Of a DNA stretch of 64,000 nucleotides, positions 1 through 9,144 are shown one piece after another. The notes beneath the pieces were generated by a model. That model ran no database searches, was not told where the DNA came from, and was given only the letters and a program-made list of their open reading frames with translations. Positions within the stretch are counted from its first letter, which is position 1. Every line of letters begins with the position of its first letter. The stretch comes from Gammaproteobacteria bacterium (GTDB taxonomy: Bacteria; Pseudomonadota; Gammaproteobacteria; GCA-001735895). The DNA is taken from assembly GCA_050298595.1 (NCBI GenBank), contig JBNKUM010000008.1, positions 32,001 through 96,000 on the forward strand. The letters run 5' to 3'. The position numbers were made by a program, and so were the translations under genes.

Positions 1-374
1 TACTGGTGAGCCAATGTAGACAAACTTTGTCCTGATGTCAGTTGAACATCGAAGGACTGTTCGGGGAAATAGAGGTTGCCAGGCGTATTGATTTGCCGCA
101 ACAAGTCTTCAGCACTGCTGCTCTGCGGAATGGCTTTCAGATAAGCATGTAATTCAGCCCTGGCTTCGCTGGCTTTACCGGTTGCCAGAAATTGTAATGC
201 TTTGGCAAAGCGCTGGCGCGGGGTTAAACCGGGCTGTACCTGGTATTGACTGGCCGCAGCGTTGGATTTGTCGACGGTGGTGGAGGGCTTGGGCGTCATT
301 TTACAGCCCAAAAGCAAACTAATCATTATGGCTGGCAACACAAGCCTGATAATGCTATCCCTGATGTTGTTCAT
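1..374 (-). CDS. Lipoprotein, N-terminal part (runs off window start); possible TPR-like helices and start of a LysM-like segment
   Basis: Manual translation from ATG at 374: MNNIRDSIIRLVLPAIMISLLLGCKMTPKP...RFAKALQFLATGKASEARAEL...VQLTSGQSLSTLAHQ; lipobox LLGC; open to position 1. Confidence 0.7.
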   Translation of the reverse strand, partial: MNNIRDSIIRLVLPAIMISLLLGCKMTPKPSTTVDKSNAAASQYQVQPGLTPRQRFAKALQFLATGKASEARAELHAYLKAIPQSSSAEDLLRQINTPGNLYFPEQSFDVQLTSGQSLSTLAHQ

Positions 375-1236
375 ATTCCGCCTCTACCCTTGTAGTCTTA
401 CAGAGTGTCTGTGGTTTACATCGTTATTATTGTCATGACGTTGCCATTGGTACAGGACAATCGATTATCGTAGCATAACCTGTTCAAAATAGTGGCACAA
501 TGGACAACATGTTGAATGAATTAATGTAATATCTGTCTTTCAGCACAGTATTGCACCAGGCCATATTGAGCGCTGATAAGTAGATTGACCATCACGCTGC
601 AAGTCCTGGTGGCTATCATTGACCACCCGGTTTATGGCATCATGCCAGCACCTGTTGAATGTTTGTCTGCAGTTTTACTATCACTGTTGAGTTTAGGAAT
701 CAGTATCCCCCATGGCCAGCAAAAAATCCCGAGGTAAACGTCCCTCCGTCGCTAAAAAAGTATAGTAAGAATAAACGCGACATCCTATTTATGATGCTTG
801 CGCTTGTTGAAAGGCAAGCAGTAAACCTAAGCTCATGAAAACTGAAGATACAACTGCTAAGAAACTCATATTAAACCCAAAACTAAAAAGTTGATTCATA
901 TCGAAACATTATGCGTAGCAAGAATGCAAGTATGCGGGCAATATTGGAGATATATTTTTTATTAGTTTTACACTAACTTATTTTTCATTAAGTATAATAT
1001 TTCCTGTAGGAAAATATCAAGTTCAGTAAAATTAACTGTACGAGAAAATCTTGCTAATTTCCACATAGCGGACATTAGTGATTCTGGCTGGTTTGGCTGC
1101 TATTAACCCTGAGTTGACATTTAGGATTAACAAAAAGAAGGTGGATACCTTGGGAAAAACTGTCTCAAAATCAGTTTGACACTTTTTACCTTCCGATGTT
1201 CGTAAGTTGAGAAGAGTTCTCATGTACCTCCGCCCC

Positions 1237-1272
1237 CTTTAACTTCCGCTTTAACTTCCGCTTTATCTTCCA
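1237..1272. repeat. 12-bp tandem repeat, three units
   Basis: CTTTAACTTCCG CTTTAACTTCCG CTTTATCTTCCA. Confidence 0.85.
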
Positions 1273-1273
1273 T

Positions 1274-1846
1274 TTAACTGTCCGAGTTGACGCGATTGTT
1301 ATAAAACACATCCTTTATATTTCTCTCAATTGAAACTAAATAACCACCCAAACCTACGAGCAAAACCAACCAGACTGCATACATTCCCCATTCAGCTGGA
1401 TTAGCAGTACTATTGTATAAATGATTGGCTATCGGAATAGCCGATGCTAAGAATATAAAATTTGTAACCCATAACCTGTTTAAATTCATAAACTCTTTAG
1501 GGCATGTTGATAGGTATCTGTCCCATACTTTTTCACCATCTTCCGTAGTATCTTGTTCATTCAGGAACATCCTAATTCTCTTGACGGCAAATTCTCCGCC
1601 AAGAATATAAAAGTCAAATAATACAGCGACCAAAGGCGCTATGTACAAAAGACCGAAGATAAAGAAAATACCATCATCTGATTCTAAGTTTAAAAGTGTT
1701 GCTGCCACACTAAACAAGCCAATGACAAATGTGAATTTTAGCCTAACATAGGATGCTCGGCGATCCTGTTGCTTTAGCTTCTCTTCGCGCAAGTGAGCTA
1801 TAAACTCAGAGCAAGCCCTTTTTTCTTCTTTTTCTTCGGTATCCAT
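1274..1846 (-). CDS. Uncharacterised membrane protein, about 4 TM segments
   Basis: 190-aa ORF with four hydrophobic stretches; its ATG directly follows the TGA of the U32 gene (TGAATG). Confidence 0.8.
   Translation of the reverse strand: MDTEEKEEKRACSEFIAHLREEKLKQQDRRASYVRLKFTFVIGLFSVAATLLNLESDDGIFFIFGLLYIAPLVAVLFDFYILGGEFAVKRIRMFLNEQDTTEDGEKVWDRYLSTCPKEFMNLNRLWVTNFIFLASAIPIANHLYNSTANPAEWGMYAVWLVLLVGLGGYLVSIERNIKDVFYNNRVNSDS
1278..1309 (-). other. attC-like inverse core (left arm only)
   Basis: Minus strand GTGTTTTATAACAATCGCGTCAACTCGGAC: a TAAC inverse core followed by an attC-type CAACTCGGAC box, overlapping the 3' end of the membrane-protein gene. Confidence 0.55.
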
Positions 1847-2815
1847 TCAAGTCACCTCATTACTTAATAGAAAACTTGTTTTAGAATCATATCTATCAGG
1901 CACAACCGATTTAGAGTGTTTGAAATTTTCGACAATACATCTCATGTCTCCATTATATTGAGAAGAAAGATATGACTGGACACTTTGGAATATTAGCTCC
2001 GTTTCAAATGATCGACCAACTATTTTAAAAATCGGATCGAATTGGAGGTATTTCTCAATATTTCGTGGGCTTATATAATTTGTTTTTCCTATCCCTCTGT
2101 TATTCATGTGTGACCGACATGGTTGACCTAGATACCTATCCTTCTCCGAGTCAGTAATAAAATCCCGAATAGCGGACTCGATGCTATAGTTTTGAGCGTC
2201 TAGTTGATCATTCCTTCTATGGGGGCAATATTTTATACAGCCTTCATTGATCATTATTTTTAATTTAACTGACTTATACTTATCTATTAATTTGTTAATA
2301 CTGATAATTTTTGGAACATCATGATTTAAATCCGGCGGCAAAAGGAATATCGTCACCCCCATATCCACCAGTTCTTCTACATCAACTAACGAATCGATAT
2401 CTATGTATACTGAGTTTTGAATGTCAACTTCAACTGGCCAAAGCGTTTTAGCCTGCCTAAGAAGCTCTTTACTTCCTACCGTTACTGAGTTTATGCCATG
2501 CCTCAGTAAACCAGAGACATAATCAACCATAGTATCTGTTGCTAACCCATGAAAATTCATCAATAAATTGGTTTTAATACCTAAATTTCTAGCATCACTA
2601 ATCAGATTTATAATTTCTTGATCATATCTGACATGATCAAAAACGTAATCATCTCCATTTTTCACTATATAATCTTTTATCTTTGGTCTCCGCCCTGAAC
2701 CCATAACGTGGGGGTTCCCGGCGAAATATATTTCCTCAACATGTTCACTTAAGCCAGATAAAACTAGCTTACTGATGAAGTTCTTGTCTCCATTGTATGG
2801 AATAGAAAATTTCAT
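1847..2815 (-). CDS. Peptidase U32-family protein (putative Fe-S, TIM-barrel hydroxylase-like)
   Basis: Motifs IYFAG...GSGR, QNSV, PDLNHD, NEGCIKYCPHR, QPC, YISP, FKIVGR are typical of the U32 superfamily. Confidence 0.75.
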   Translation of the reverse strand: MKFSIPYNGDKNFISKLVLSGLSEHVEEIYFAGNPHVMGSGRRPKIKDYIVKNGDDYVFDHVRYDQEIINLISDARNLGIKTNLLMNFHGLATDTMVDYVSGLLRHGINSVTVGSKELLRQAKTLWPVEVDIQNSVYIDIDSLVDVEELVDMGVTIFLLPPDLNHDVPKIISINKLIDKYKSVKLKIMINEGCIKYCPHRRNDQLDAQNYSIESAIRDFITDSEKDRYLGQPCRSHMNNRGIGKTNYISPRNIEKYLQFDPIFKIVGRSFETELIFQSVQSYLSSQYNGDMRCIVENFKHSKSVVPDRYDSKTSFLLSNEVT

Positions 2816-2816
2816 A

Positions 2817-2845
2817 GTGTTTTATAACAGCTTGATTATGTTACA
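2817..2845 (-). other. Cassette core site (GTTATAA) with remnant right arm of the preceding attC-like site
   Basis: Minus strand ...CATAATCAAGCTGTTATAAAACACTATG: GTT core 13 nt before the U32 ATG; 12-bp perfect inverted match to 1298-1309. Confidence 0.55.
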
Positions 2846-2916
2846 CGCACGAATATTGTGATATGCCGAATTATGTTCTCATTCATAGATAAAATAAACA
2901 ATGACCGCTCATGGCA

Positions 2917-3086
2917 CAGGCTGTGTGAAAACTCGCTTCAATTTGATGACACCAAAAACATTTCCCACTACGGGGTAATTTTTCAGGATTATTTAGAACT
3001 CAATTACCACAAATCACAAAAAATTAATCCTATATAAGCCCGCATATTCCACTTGAAAAATTGGAAAATAGTTTTCACACAGCCTG
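2917..3086. mobile_element. MITE, 170 bp, 17-bp perfect terminal inverted repeats (IS1182-like ends)
   Basis: CAGGCTGTGTGAAAACT at 2917-2933 and AGTTTTCACACAGCCTG at 3070-3086; non-coding AT-rich interior. Confidence 0.75.
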
Positions 3087-3146
3087 GGTACCAACTTGCC
3101 TATTGCGCCGCACAATGCAATGACAGCTTTACCAACCCAGTTTTTT

Positions 3147-3210
3147 AAAAAGCTGAGCGACGATAGGAGCGGAGCTTTTTCGGTCAACTGGATGCTACTT
3201 TTAAAAAGGT
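3147..3210 (-). other. Degenerate, truncated attC-like site
   Basis: Minus strand just after the stop at 3212: GCATCCAGTTGACCGAAAAAGCTCCGCTCCTATCGTCGCTCAGCTTTTT, imperfect hairpin; core boxes eroded. Confidence 0.45.
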
Positions 3211-3211
3211 C

Positions 3212-3415
3212 CTATCTTTTGATCACAAAAGGTAGGGCGATAAAAACACCCCCTATAATGACAAGGATGAACTCATTTGAGATGAAATAAGGAAATAGCA
3301 TTAAGTCTATTCCGCTTAATAAAGGAATGATGGCCTTTTGCTTTTTCCCATAAATAAAGTACCCAAGTCCTATTGATCCAAATAATACTGCCCACATTAA
3401 TGTTGACGTATTCAT
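3212..3415 (-). CDS. Small membrane protein (67 aa), cassette-like
   Basis: MNTSTLMWAVLFGSIGLGYFIYGKKQK...LFPYFIS...; ATG at 3415 lies just after the GTTATGT core site. Confidence 0.75.
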   Translation of the reverse strand: MNTSTLMWAVLFGSIGLGYFIYGKKQKAIIPLLSGIDLMLFPYFISNEFILVIIGGVFIALPFVIKR

Positions 3416-3430
3416 TAATAATTTTTCTTC

Positions 3431-3539
3431 ACATAACGCAGCAAGCAACTGAGGGGGGGGGGTAATTGGTTGCTTTTTTGCGTCTTTTTACAAAAAATAA
3501 GACAGTTTACGGAGGTTAGATTAACTGGCTTTATTAGAA
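3431..3539 (-). other. attC-like recombination site (degenerate, about 109 bp)
   Basis: Minus strand TTCTAATAAAGCCAG...CTCCGTAAACTGTC...TTTTTTGTAAAAAGACGCAAAAAAGC...TTGCTTGCTGCGTTATGT; imperfect palindrome ending in a GTT core; TAAC box reads TAAT. Confidence 0.6.
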
Positions 3540-3739
3540 CACTTTTTCAGACGATACTATACCGCCAGGCATAGCTTTCCTCCATTTTTTAACTTTTGAC
3601 TTTGTAAAGCATACATACTGCCCTTTGATTGTAAGTTAATGTGTTAGAACATGAGCAATTCCTATCGTATTTTTCACAGGATTTTCACAAGCCCCGTTCA
3701 GACTTTTGGTAAGAGTTAAATTCAGACGGGAGAAGTTGT

Positions 3740-4081
3740 ATGAAGAGGATCATGCTAATTTTAGTAATCATGCTATTGACTTCAACTAGTGTTGCTGCAG
3801 AAGCGGGGGATATGTACGCTGAAGCCGACCGGGAAATGATTGAACTGCTGGCATTGAACCACGACCAGGCGTTAGCTTATTTAGCGATAATTGAAAAGCA
3901 ACGGGAGTTGTTTCTAGCACTTAAAGCGAGAGAGTGGCAACAGGAACTTGCGTTTTATCAGCAAACATTCGCACTGTTAAAGCCGGTATTGACCCGAAAG
4001 CAGTATGTTCAATTTGTTGGAATTATTAATAGTGTTATCGAGGATACCAACGATAACGAATTATTGGTTATGGGGGATTAA
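3740..4081 (+). CDS. Small secreted helical hypothetical protein
   Basis: Signal peptide MKRIMLILVIMLLTSTSVAA; GGGAG ribosome-binding site upstream. Confidence 0.75.
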   Translation: MKRIMLILVIMLLTSTSVAAEAGDMYAEADREMIELLALNHDQALAYLAIIEKQRELFLALKAREWQQELAFYQQTFALLKPVLTRKQYVQFVGIINSVIEDTNDNELLVMGD

Positions 4082-4495
4082 CATAATTAACTGGGGGCAA
4101 TCCTTAGCCGGTTCCGGTTAATTACAAATTAAATACAATAACCCACCAATTGATCGTAAGAGCGTTTCCAGAACAACAATGGCCCGAGTCACCCAGGTAT
4201 CAGAAGCAAGGGACTTAGGGGTCAGTTCTCGCATTGAAACAATCTTTAAAAGGGACTGAGATACATAAGAACTCCTCTCAACTTAAGGATATCGCCTATA
4301 CAAAGCTATGTCCGCTTTATTAAAACCATCACTTGTAGGAAATGAATCAACTTTGTATTGCCATAGCCGCAAATGGTACACCTGAAACCTTCACTCATTA
4401 ACCCGGAACGACCGCCTCCAGGAAGGAGCCTGCTACATTCTGACCTTCAATGAGTACTATCGACCCGAATTAGCATCCAGGAAAACGGTCATTTT

Positions 4496-5125
4496 TCAGG
4501 CGTCGTTGAAAGCTTCCACAGTGTACTTCCTGTAAAGCTCAATGACCTTATGTACATAGATCTCAGTTTCGTCAAAAGGCGGGATCTTGTTTCCGTATTT
4601 TAGTACTGCTTTTTCACCCGCATTGTAACTGGCGAGGGCCAGTTGCAGGTCGTTATCAAAACGCACTAGCAAATCCTTAAGATACCGGGTACCACCGGAA
4701 AGATTATCAACTGGGTCATACCGATTCGCGACACCGTAGCGCCTGGCCGTATCTGGCATCAACTGCATCAATCCGACTGCGCCTGAGCTCGACACAGCGG
4801 TCGGATCATAGGCTGATTCAGTGGAGATGACCGCATGAACCAGGCTTTCGGGTAAACCCTGGCTGCGTGCAGCCTCCGCGATCATTAAGGCGAATCGCTG
4901 GCGGTTTTTTTTCATATTTTGATAATCGACTTTCGGCTCACGCCACCCCTTGCGTGATGGTAAAAACAACCGGTAGCCAGAGTGTGGAGGTTTATTAGTC
5001 AGATGAACAAGGCCTTTGTTGTCGACAAACTTATAAATATCGGCATAGGTAGCAGGTGAAGCGGCAGCTGTGCATAAAATCAGAAAAACAACAGCGGGCA
5101 GGACAGATAAACGAGAAGTGCACAT
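4496..5125 (-). CDS. Lytic transglycosylase (SLT domain) with DUF4124-like N-terminus
   Basis: AVISTES, AVSSSGAVGLMQLMP, ALASYNAGE, ETEIYV; N-terminal ADIYKFVDNKG; start probably MCTSR at 5125. Confidence 0.9.
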   Translation of the reverse strand: MCTSRLSVLPAVVFLILCTAAASPATYADIYKFVDNKGLVHLTNKPPHSGYRLFLPSRKGWREPKVDYQNMKKNRQRFALMIAEAARSQGLPESLVHAVISTESAYDPTAVSSSGAVGLMQLMPDTARRYGVANRYDPVDNLSGGTRYLKDLLVRFDNDLQLALASYNAGEKAVLKYGNKIPPFDETEIYVHKVIELYRKYTVEAFNDA

Positions 5126-5223
5126 GCTGGGATTATAATTAAAAATGGCTCTGTAGCAAAACCAAGAGCAAGAGTTAATATTGACACCCATACATATTCC
5201 AGCATCAACCAGGCGATATATTT

Positions 5224-5579
5224 TTCAACCTAGAATTCGCAGTTAGACGAGTTGTAGTGAGTTTGAGGTGGTGTAGATCAAGGAGTTACAGGGCTTCCGC
5301 GTCCTGCTCTCGCCCCTTACCTATATCCCTATAGGCAACGCAGAGATACGTCGCCGCAAACGTGCAATTCAGCTCATAGCGGGATTCACCTGTTGGGTTT
5401 TCAGCATGGATGCCGTTATTACGCGAATGCATGGACGCCTACATGGACGTAGGTGGTAGGGCGAAGCAGGAAGCCAGAGCCGATGCATAGGAGCGTGAAA
5501 ATACAAACTGACTAAGATCGTTAACGAAACTGAAGGTTACCCACTAATACGAGCGGTCAACTGCGGAATCCAGGTTCAA
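5224..5579. mobile_element. MITE-like modular repeat, copy 1 (IS1380-like ends)
   Basis: Ends CCTAGAATTCGCAG / CTGCGGAATCCAGG, flanked on both sides by TTCAA; long homology to 42319-42664. Confidence 0.8.
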
Positions 5580-5668
5580 TAGCACCCAGAATGATTATCT
5601 CACCGCTATTCCTGGCGAAGTGTAAGTAGCAACTGCCCGGGGCGCCCCCCTTGTCTTTACTACAATGG

Positions 5669-7852
5669 CTACTCACCCTCGTAACTGAATATTAGGGCAG
5701 CCAACGGCGGCAAGGTCAGATTCAGGGAGTATGGATGCTCCATCCAGGGTATGGCCTCGGTCTCAAGCAGGGTGGCTCCGTTGCCCAGACTACTGCCTCC
5801 GTAACATTCTGAGTCGGAATTCATGATTTCCCGATAGCGTCCCACGAGCGGAACACCGATACGGTAGTTTTCACGCGGTACCGGCGTCAGGTTACATACC
5901 ACCACTACAATCTCTTCGCCATCACCCTTACGCAGAAAACTCAGGATGGATTGCTGGGCATCGTTGCAGTCTATCCATTCGAAGCCCTGCCAATTGAACT
6001 CGTAGCGGAACAGGGCTGGAGTTTTGCGGTAAAGGTGGCAGAGATCCCGAGTCAACCGTTGTATGCCCTGGTGCAAAGGGTACTCCAGCACATACCAGTC
6101 AAGTTCCCCGGCACTGTTCCACTCGGTACCCTGGCCAAACTCCGTGCCCATGAAGAGCAGCTTCTTGCCAGGATGGGTAAACTGGTAGGTGTAGAGGGTG
6201 CGCAGATTGGCATGCTGCTGCCATTCATCTCCCGGCATTTTATTTAGCATCGACTGTTTGCCATGGACAACTTCATCGTGTGAGAAGGGTAACAGAAAGT
6301 TTTCCGTGAAAGCGTAGAGCATGCTGAATGTGAGCATATTGTGGTGGTACTGACGATGGATAGGTTCGCGGCTCATGAATTGCAGCGTGTCATTCATCCA
6401 GCCCATGTTCCACTTCAGGTCGAAGCCCAGGCCGCCGAGATAGGTTGGTCGGCTGACCTGCGGAAAGGAGGTGGATTCCTCCGCGATCATCAGGGTTCCG
6501 GGACAGTGTTCGTGTACCGCGACATTGAGCTCGCGCAGAAAGTCGATGGCCTCAATGTTTTCCCTGCCGCCATACTGGTTCGGGATCCACTCTCCCTCTT
6601 TGCGTGAGTAGTCGAGGTAGAGCATGGAGGCGACCGCATCCACCCGCAGGCCATCGACGTGCATATCATTCAACCAGAAGAGCGCACTCGAAATGAGGAA
6701 GGCTTTTACTTCATTGCGGCCGAAATTGTAGATCAGTGTCGACCAGTCCAGATGTTCACCCAGGCGAGGGTCTTCGTGCTCATAGAGAGGTGTGCCATCG
6801 AACCAGGCCAGGCCATGGGCGTCCTTGGGAAAATGCGCCGGCACCCAGTCGAGCAAAACGCCGATATTGTTTTGATGGCAGTGGTCGATAAAGTAGCGAA
6901 AATCGTCCGGGCTGCCGAAGCGGCTTGTGGGTGCGAAGTAACCGGTAGTCTGGTAGCCCCAGGAGAGGTCGAATGGGTGCTCGGTGATTGGCAGCAGTTC
7001 AATATGAGTAAATCCCATTTCCTTGACATAATCGACCATTTGTCGGGCGAGTTCGCGGTAGTTCAGGAACTCCCCTTCCATGTCACGCCGCCAGGAGCTG
7101 AAGTGAACCTCGTAGATCGACATGGGGCTGTGTTGCCAGTCCGCGCGGACTCGCGATGCCATCCAGTCGCTATCTCCCCATTGGTAGGTGCTATGTGCAG
7201 TAATGATCGAGGCCGTGTCTGGACGCAATTCAAATTGACGGCCGTAAGGATCGGCCTTGAGGAAAATCTCGCCGCTGTGACGATTGCGGATTTCGAATTT
7301 ATAGAGCCAGCCCGGCTCGAGATCCGGAATGAACAGTTCCCAGACGCCACCACCGGAGTGCACCCTCATGGGATGGCGGCGACCGTCCCATGAATTAAAG
7401 TTACCGACTACGCTGACCCGCTCCGCGTTGGGCGCCCATAGTGCAAAGAGGATACCGGCCACACCATCCACCTCATGCTCGTGGGCTCCGAGGAAACGAT
7501 AGGCATGGCGATGACGCCCCTCGTTGAAGAGGTGCAAATCAAAATCGGAGATCTGCATCTCATAGCTATAGGGGTCGTGATTAATGTGCTCTCGGTGCTC
7601 CTTATCCCGCCATATCAGCCGGTAATGAGGCGGCAGCATCTCGTTGTCGCCCTGCCACAGAAAAAAATCGCTGCCGGTCAGACGTTCTAGCTGGATATCG
7701 CCTTCGGCGATACTGACCTCCAGCGCCTGGGGATTAAAAACACGTATCAGGGTCTGTCCATCATTGGTATGAGGTCCAAGCACAGCGAATGGATCGTGAT
7801 GGCAGGCATCTCGGATCCGTAGCAATTCATTGTCGAGTATCAAGCTGTCCAT
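5669..7852 (-). CDS. glgB: 1,4-alpha-glucan branching enzyme
   Basis: [43 protein letters not shown]; 727 aa. Confidence 0.97.
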   Translation of the reverse strand: MDSLILDNELLRIRDACHHDPFAVLGPHTNDGQTLIRVFNPQALEVSIAEGDIQLERLTGSDFFLWQGDNEMLPPHYRLIWRDKEHREHINHDPYSYEMQISDFDLHLFNEGRHRHAYRFLGAHEHEVDGVAGILFALWAPNAERVSVVGNFNSWDGRRHPMRVHSGGGVWELFIPDLEPGWLYKFEIRNRHSGEIFLKADPYGRQFELRPDTASIITAHSTYQWGDSDWMASRVRADWQHSPMSIYEVHFSSWRRDMEGEFLNYRELARQMVDYVKEMGFTHIELLPITEHPFDLSWGYQTTGYFAPTSRFGSPDDFRYFIDHCHQNNIGVLLDWVPAHFPKDAHGLAWFDGTPLYEHEDPRLGEHLDWSTLIYNFGRNEVKAFLISSALFWLNDMHVDGLRVDAVASMLYLDYSRKEGEWIPNQYGGRENIEAIDFLRELNVAVHEHCPGTLMIAEESTSFPQVSRPTYLGGLGFDLKWNMGWMNDTLQFMSREPIHRQYHHNMLTFSMLYAFTENFLLPFSHDEVVHGKQSMLNKMPGDEWQQHANLRTLYTYQFTHPGKKLLFMGTEFGQGTEWNSAGELDWYVLEYPLHQGIQRLTRDLCHLYRKTPALFRYEFNWQGFEWIDCNDAQQSILSFLRKGDGEEIVVVVCNLTPVPRENYRIGVPLVGRYREIMNSDSECYGGSSLGNGATLLETEAIPWMEHPYSLNLTLPPLAALIFSYEGE

Positions 7853-8211
7853 GATGCATTCTCCAGATTGCTATTCACTAAATATGTATGTTTTCAGACG
7901 AAAACATAGAAAGAATCGGGTAGTTTACTTGCAAATTACAGGTAATAGGGAAAAATTTTCATGATTACGCATAGACTGCATCCCCATTCATACAATAGTA
8001 GGAGCTTTTCCTTGAGAGCAGCTTTCTTTGAGGATTTCGATATTTTTGTAATGTTCTCTATTTCAAACGGTATTGATAAAGTTGAGATAAGCATAGTAAT
8101 GGAGCCACCATTTCGGTCCCAACACCAGAACTACCCCTCGAGTCAAACCAGAATGTTTGTGGATTCCAGTCTTTCACCTATACACCTTCTACCAGGGTGT
8201 AACAGGAAGTT

Positions 8212-8757
8212 CTACCAGATCAGATCATCAGGTACCTGATAATCCGCATAGGGATCATTTTCATCAATGGTTTTTTCTTCCGGCTGCAGAATAACAACGC
8301 GCTTTTCATTGCGTTGTTGAATTTTTTGCGCAACAGCCAGGGGTACTAGTTCATAGCGCCCTTCAATGCGCGCGATACCCAGACGCCCAGCGACTATCTG
8401 CTGTTTCAAGTCAACATTCACATACAGCTTGTTTACCTTGTTGCGATGCTCGAAGTTGTAAGGCAACTCACATTCCTTATCACGCTTAATCGCATTGCTT
8501 CGGATCAGTTGGTCAATCTCTATTGAAATAGCCTTTTTCTTCTCCTGTTCAATTTTCCTGCGATTCAATTCACGATCACGCTCGGCTTTTTCCTGTGCGG
8601 CTGCACGTGCCTTTATGGTCGCTTCATCCAGTACAGGGGGCGCTTTCTTCTTGCGCTGAGGCTGCTGCTTATTCTTTTTCTTCTGATTAGCCTGTTTGAC
8701 CTGCTTTTCTGTTACCAGACCAGCTTTTAGGAATTGTTCCTGAAATGGGTTACTCAT
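8212..8757 (-). CDS. DUF2058 (YaiL-like) family protein
   Basis: MSNPFQEQFLKAGLV N-terminus and DPYADYQVPDDLIW C-terminus. Confidence 0.85.
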   Translation of the reverse strand: MSNPFQEQFLKAGLVTEKQVKQANQKKKNKQQPQRKKKAPPVLDEATIKARAAAQEKAERDRELNRRKIEQEKKKAISIEIDQLIRSNAIKRDKECELPYNFEHRNKVNKLYVNVDLKQQIVAGRLGIARIEGRYELVPLAVAQKIQQRNEKRVVILQPEEKTIDENDPYADYQVPDDLIW

Positions 8758-8797
8758 ATTTTTTCGTTTAGGTTTAAATAGATAGTAAGCGCCCAGA

Positions 8798-9136
8798 TTA
8801 TCCCAGCTTTGCGCCATTGTGAACAGGCTGATCGGGCACTGCGAGAACTACTGCACCATCTTCACGATAAAAACCCGTAACCAGACACTGGGATTTGACT
8901 GGACCAATTTGTTTGGATGGAAAATTAACCACAGCAACCACCTGTTTTCCCGGCAGTTCTTGCATACCATAAATATCGGTAATTTGAGCGCTGGATTTTC
9001 GAATACCAATATCCTTGCCAAAATCTATCTGCAAAATATACGCCGGTTTTCTAGCTTCAGGAAAGGGTTGTACATCGATAATAGTGCCAACTCGCAGCTC
9101 AACTTTTTCAAAATCATTCCAGGTTATTGTTTGCAT
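8798..9136 (-). CDS. csaA: CsaA export chaperone / tRNA-binding protein
   Basis: DFEKVELRVG, FPEARKPAY, KSSAQIT, VNFPSKQIG. Confidence 0.92.
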   Translation of the reverse strand: MQTITWNDFEKVELRVGTIIDVQPFPEARKPAYILQIDFGKDIGIRKSSAQITDIYGMQELPGKQVVAVVNFPSKQIGPVKSQCLVTGFYREDGAVVLAVPDQPVHNGAKLG

Positions 9137-9144
9137 AGTGAGAT

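Noticed and set aside
1032-1223. 63-aa ORF with a GGAGG upstream, considered as a RiPP precursor or third gene for the U32 enzyme
   Set aside because: Its start lies inside the 37-bp repeat, whose second copy has ATA instead of ATG; it falls outside the cassette boundary and shows no leader/core pattern
5951-7690. Several long plus-strand and off-frame ORFs, up to 244 aa
   Set aside because: Antisense or shadow frames of the GC-rich glgB with no recognisable motifs
7961-8239. 92-aa plus-strand ORF
   Set aside because: No motif or clear RBS; overlaps the end of the DUF2058 gene; probably intergenic
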